Positions 62,501-64,000 of a stretch of 64,000 nt of DNA are shown piece after piece. Positions within the stretch are counted from its first letter, which is position 1, and each line of letters opens with the position of its first letter. The stretch is from Setoptus koraiensis (lineage: Eukaryota > Animalia > Arthropoda), in contig CM106585.1 of the NCBI GenBank assembly GCA_048013815.1, positions 434,001 to 498,000 of the forward strand, read 5' to 3'. The notes under the pieces are model-generated. The model was given only the letters and a program-made list of their open reading frames with translations. It was not told where the DNA came from and searched no databases. The translations under genes were made by a program, and so were the position numbers.

Positions 62501-64000
62501 TAACCAAATACATATATTTTCAATCCAAAACATCTTTTGCCAGGAACATTCAACCCACCATCAGATAAACATATCAATCCACTTGATAATAACCAATAAC
62601 ATATAATATGATTCATACATAGTACATCACAGAACACAACATCCATCATCATAATCTAAACAGCATAATATATTCCTACCAACATCACCACAATATCACA
62701 TAACAAAAAGGACGTCGATATCCAACAATTAATTCCTTAGCACATCAAATCCACATCAAACCTTTTGTCTTATTCCCCATTAAAGAAACAAATAACACAC
62801 AAACAAAACCACATCATATCCATTCATCCAACAAAATCATCTCATATCAAAGCATCAAAAAACACATCAGACAACCCAAATCAAAACCAATCATCAAACA
62901 TCATCAAAAATTATCAGATTCAAAAAATCGCAGCACAATCTCTTATAAATAATTTCTACATTTCTGTTCAAAAAAAATATTCTCGATCTCAACCATTTTT
63001 TCTAACATCTACAATCACAAACAAATACAACATCTCATAATCTATACAGAATCCCCTACACGAAAAAAACAATATATAAAGATCAAACTCACCAACACAG
63101 TAATTTCATTTCTACCATACAGACATTCATCCACAACCACAAATCACATTACAAAAACAATGTTAGCAATATTTCCAATCCAAAAAAAACATCAGCTTAA
63201 TCTCCAATTAAGCATAATCCCAAGATAAAATCCTAAATTTCACATAATCAATCTTCAAAATCAAATTAAAAACACACAATCGCACATCACACAACCAGCA
63301 TTCTCAATCCTCATAATCACAAAAATCAATCATAAATAAAATCCACCATTCCAATCTGGCCTACATTCCATCCTCATCAACCAATTAAAAGCCACCAGCC
63401 CCAATAGTCCAAAACAACAATACATCACACTCAATACCATTTTACACAAATCCTTATCCGCATTCATCTTACAAATCCAAAACATCCACATCTAATTCCC
63501 GACATACACCAACATTCCACCACAACATCTAGCCTCATAATAAATCAAATGCAAACATGTAGTTCTTAGATTCGATTCAATCTCCATTATTAACACTAAC
63601 ATCGACACATAACGAAAATATTATTTTTCTCAGTTTATGCAAATAAAAATCACATATTCCTCCCGCCAAAAATATATTATTACATATATCTCATTCTCTC
63701 ATTAAACTCCCATATATCAAAAATCTCCACATCAAGAATCCAAAACACACCACCAACACATCACACATAACCATACAAACAAAAAAAATTATTTCATCCC
63801 ATCAATATAAAATTCATCCCCATCGTCCATATACCCAATCCAATCATCCATATCCACATATCCTCACAAACCAATCTCCTCAAAACAATCTATCCATCCT
63901 CTTATCAACACATTTCAATCATTTCGCATCATCAATTCAGCACAAGTTAACAGTCATCTACTCATTAAACACAATAATCAAAATCTACAAGAAATCAATC
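56547..64000. other. Strand-asymmetric G-depleted, A/C-rich non-coding tract extending to the window end
   Basis: Hand count of seven sampled 60-nt lines (420 nt): A188, C111, T103, G18. The onset is abrupt after ggcttg at ~56546. No ORF reaches 100 aa and I saw no clear tandem unit. Confidence 0.9.
56584..56625. repeat. (CA)n microsatellite at the start of the G-poor tract
   Basis: Direct reading: acacacacacacacacacacaaacagacacacatacacatac. Confidence 0.9.

Noticed and set aside
56547-64000. G-poor tract as mitochondrial DNA/NUMT read with genetic code 5
   Set aside because: The skew resembles mtDNA, but where I tested the minus strand TAA/TAG occur in all three frames within ~100 bp (plus-strand tta at 57108, 57176, 57181). 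I recognised no cox, nad or cob motifs.
56547-64000. G-poor tract as telomeric (TTAGG)n or a regular satellite
   Set aside because: No CCTAA arrays or fixed-period unit are visible; only cryptic CAT/CAA/ATC simplicity.
1-64000. CRISPR arrays, tRNA, rRNA, snRNA and prokaryotic operons
   Set aside because: No repeat-spacer array, T-loop/D-loop consensus or rRNA/snRNA signature was seen by eye. The genes are spliceosomal-intron-containing animal genes. A tRNAscan/Infernal run would be needed to exclude small RNAs formally.

Overview
Eukaryotic, not prokaryotic, DNA from a compact, intron-poor animal genome with microsatellite-rich spacers. All introns resolved in the named genes are 91-150 bp, and several genes are intronless. 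An acariform, possibly eriophyoid-like, mite is my guess from style only. Recognisable genes in order: SLC4A11-like transporter (+), INCENP (-), TBCC (+), secreted two-VWC mucin-tailed protein (+), COE/EBF/collier transcription factor (+), a short agrin-like NtA+Kazal gene (+), dystroglycan (-), prolyl 4-hydroxylase alpha (+), calnexin (+) and a receptor guanylate cyclase (-). A ~16.5 kb stretch (13.8-30.3 kb) has no assignable CDS. The main oddities are: (1) an abrupt switch at ~56,547 to a 7.4 kb G-depleted (~4% G), A/C-rich tract running to the window end, unexplained and possibly an artefact; (2) a COE protein whose IPT/TIG domain is deleted; (3) a 240-aa mini-agrin tail-to-tail with a dystroglycan that lacks the C-terminal PPxY; (4) a perfect 332-bp GC-rich inverted repeat upstream of calnexin. 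I found no CRISPR array, rRNA or tRNA.
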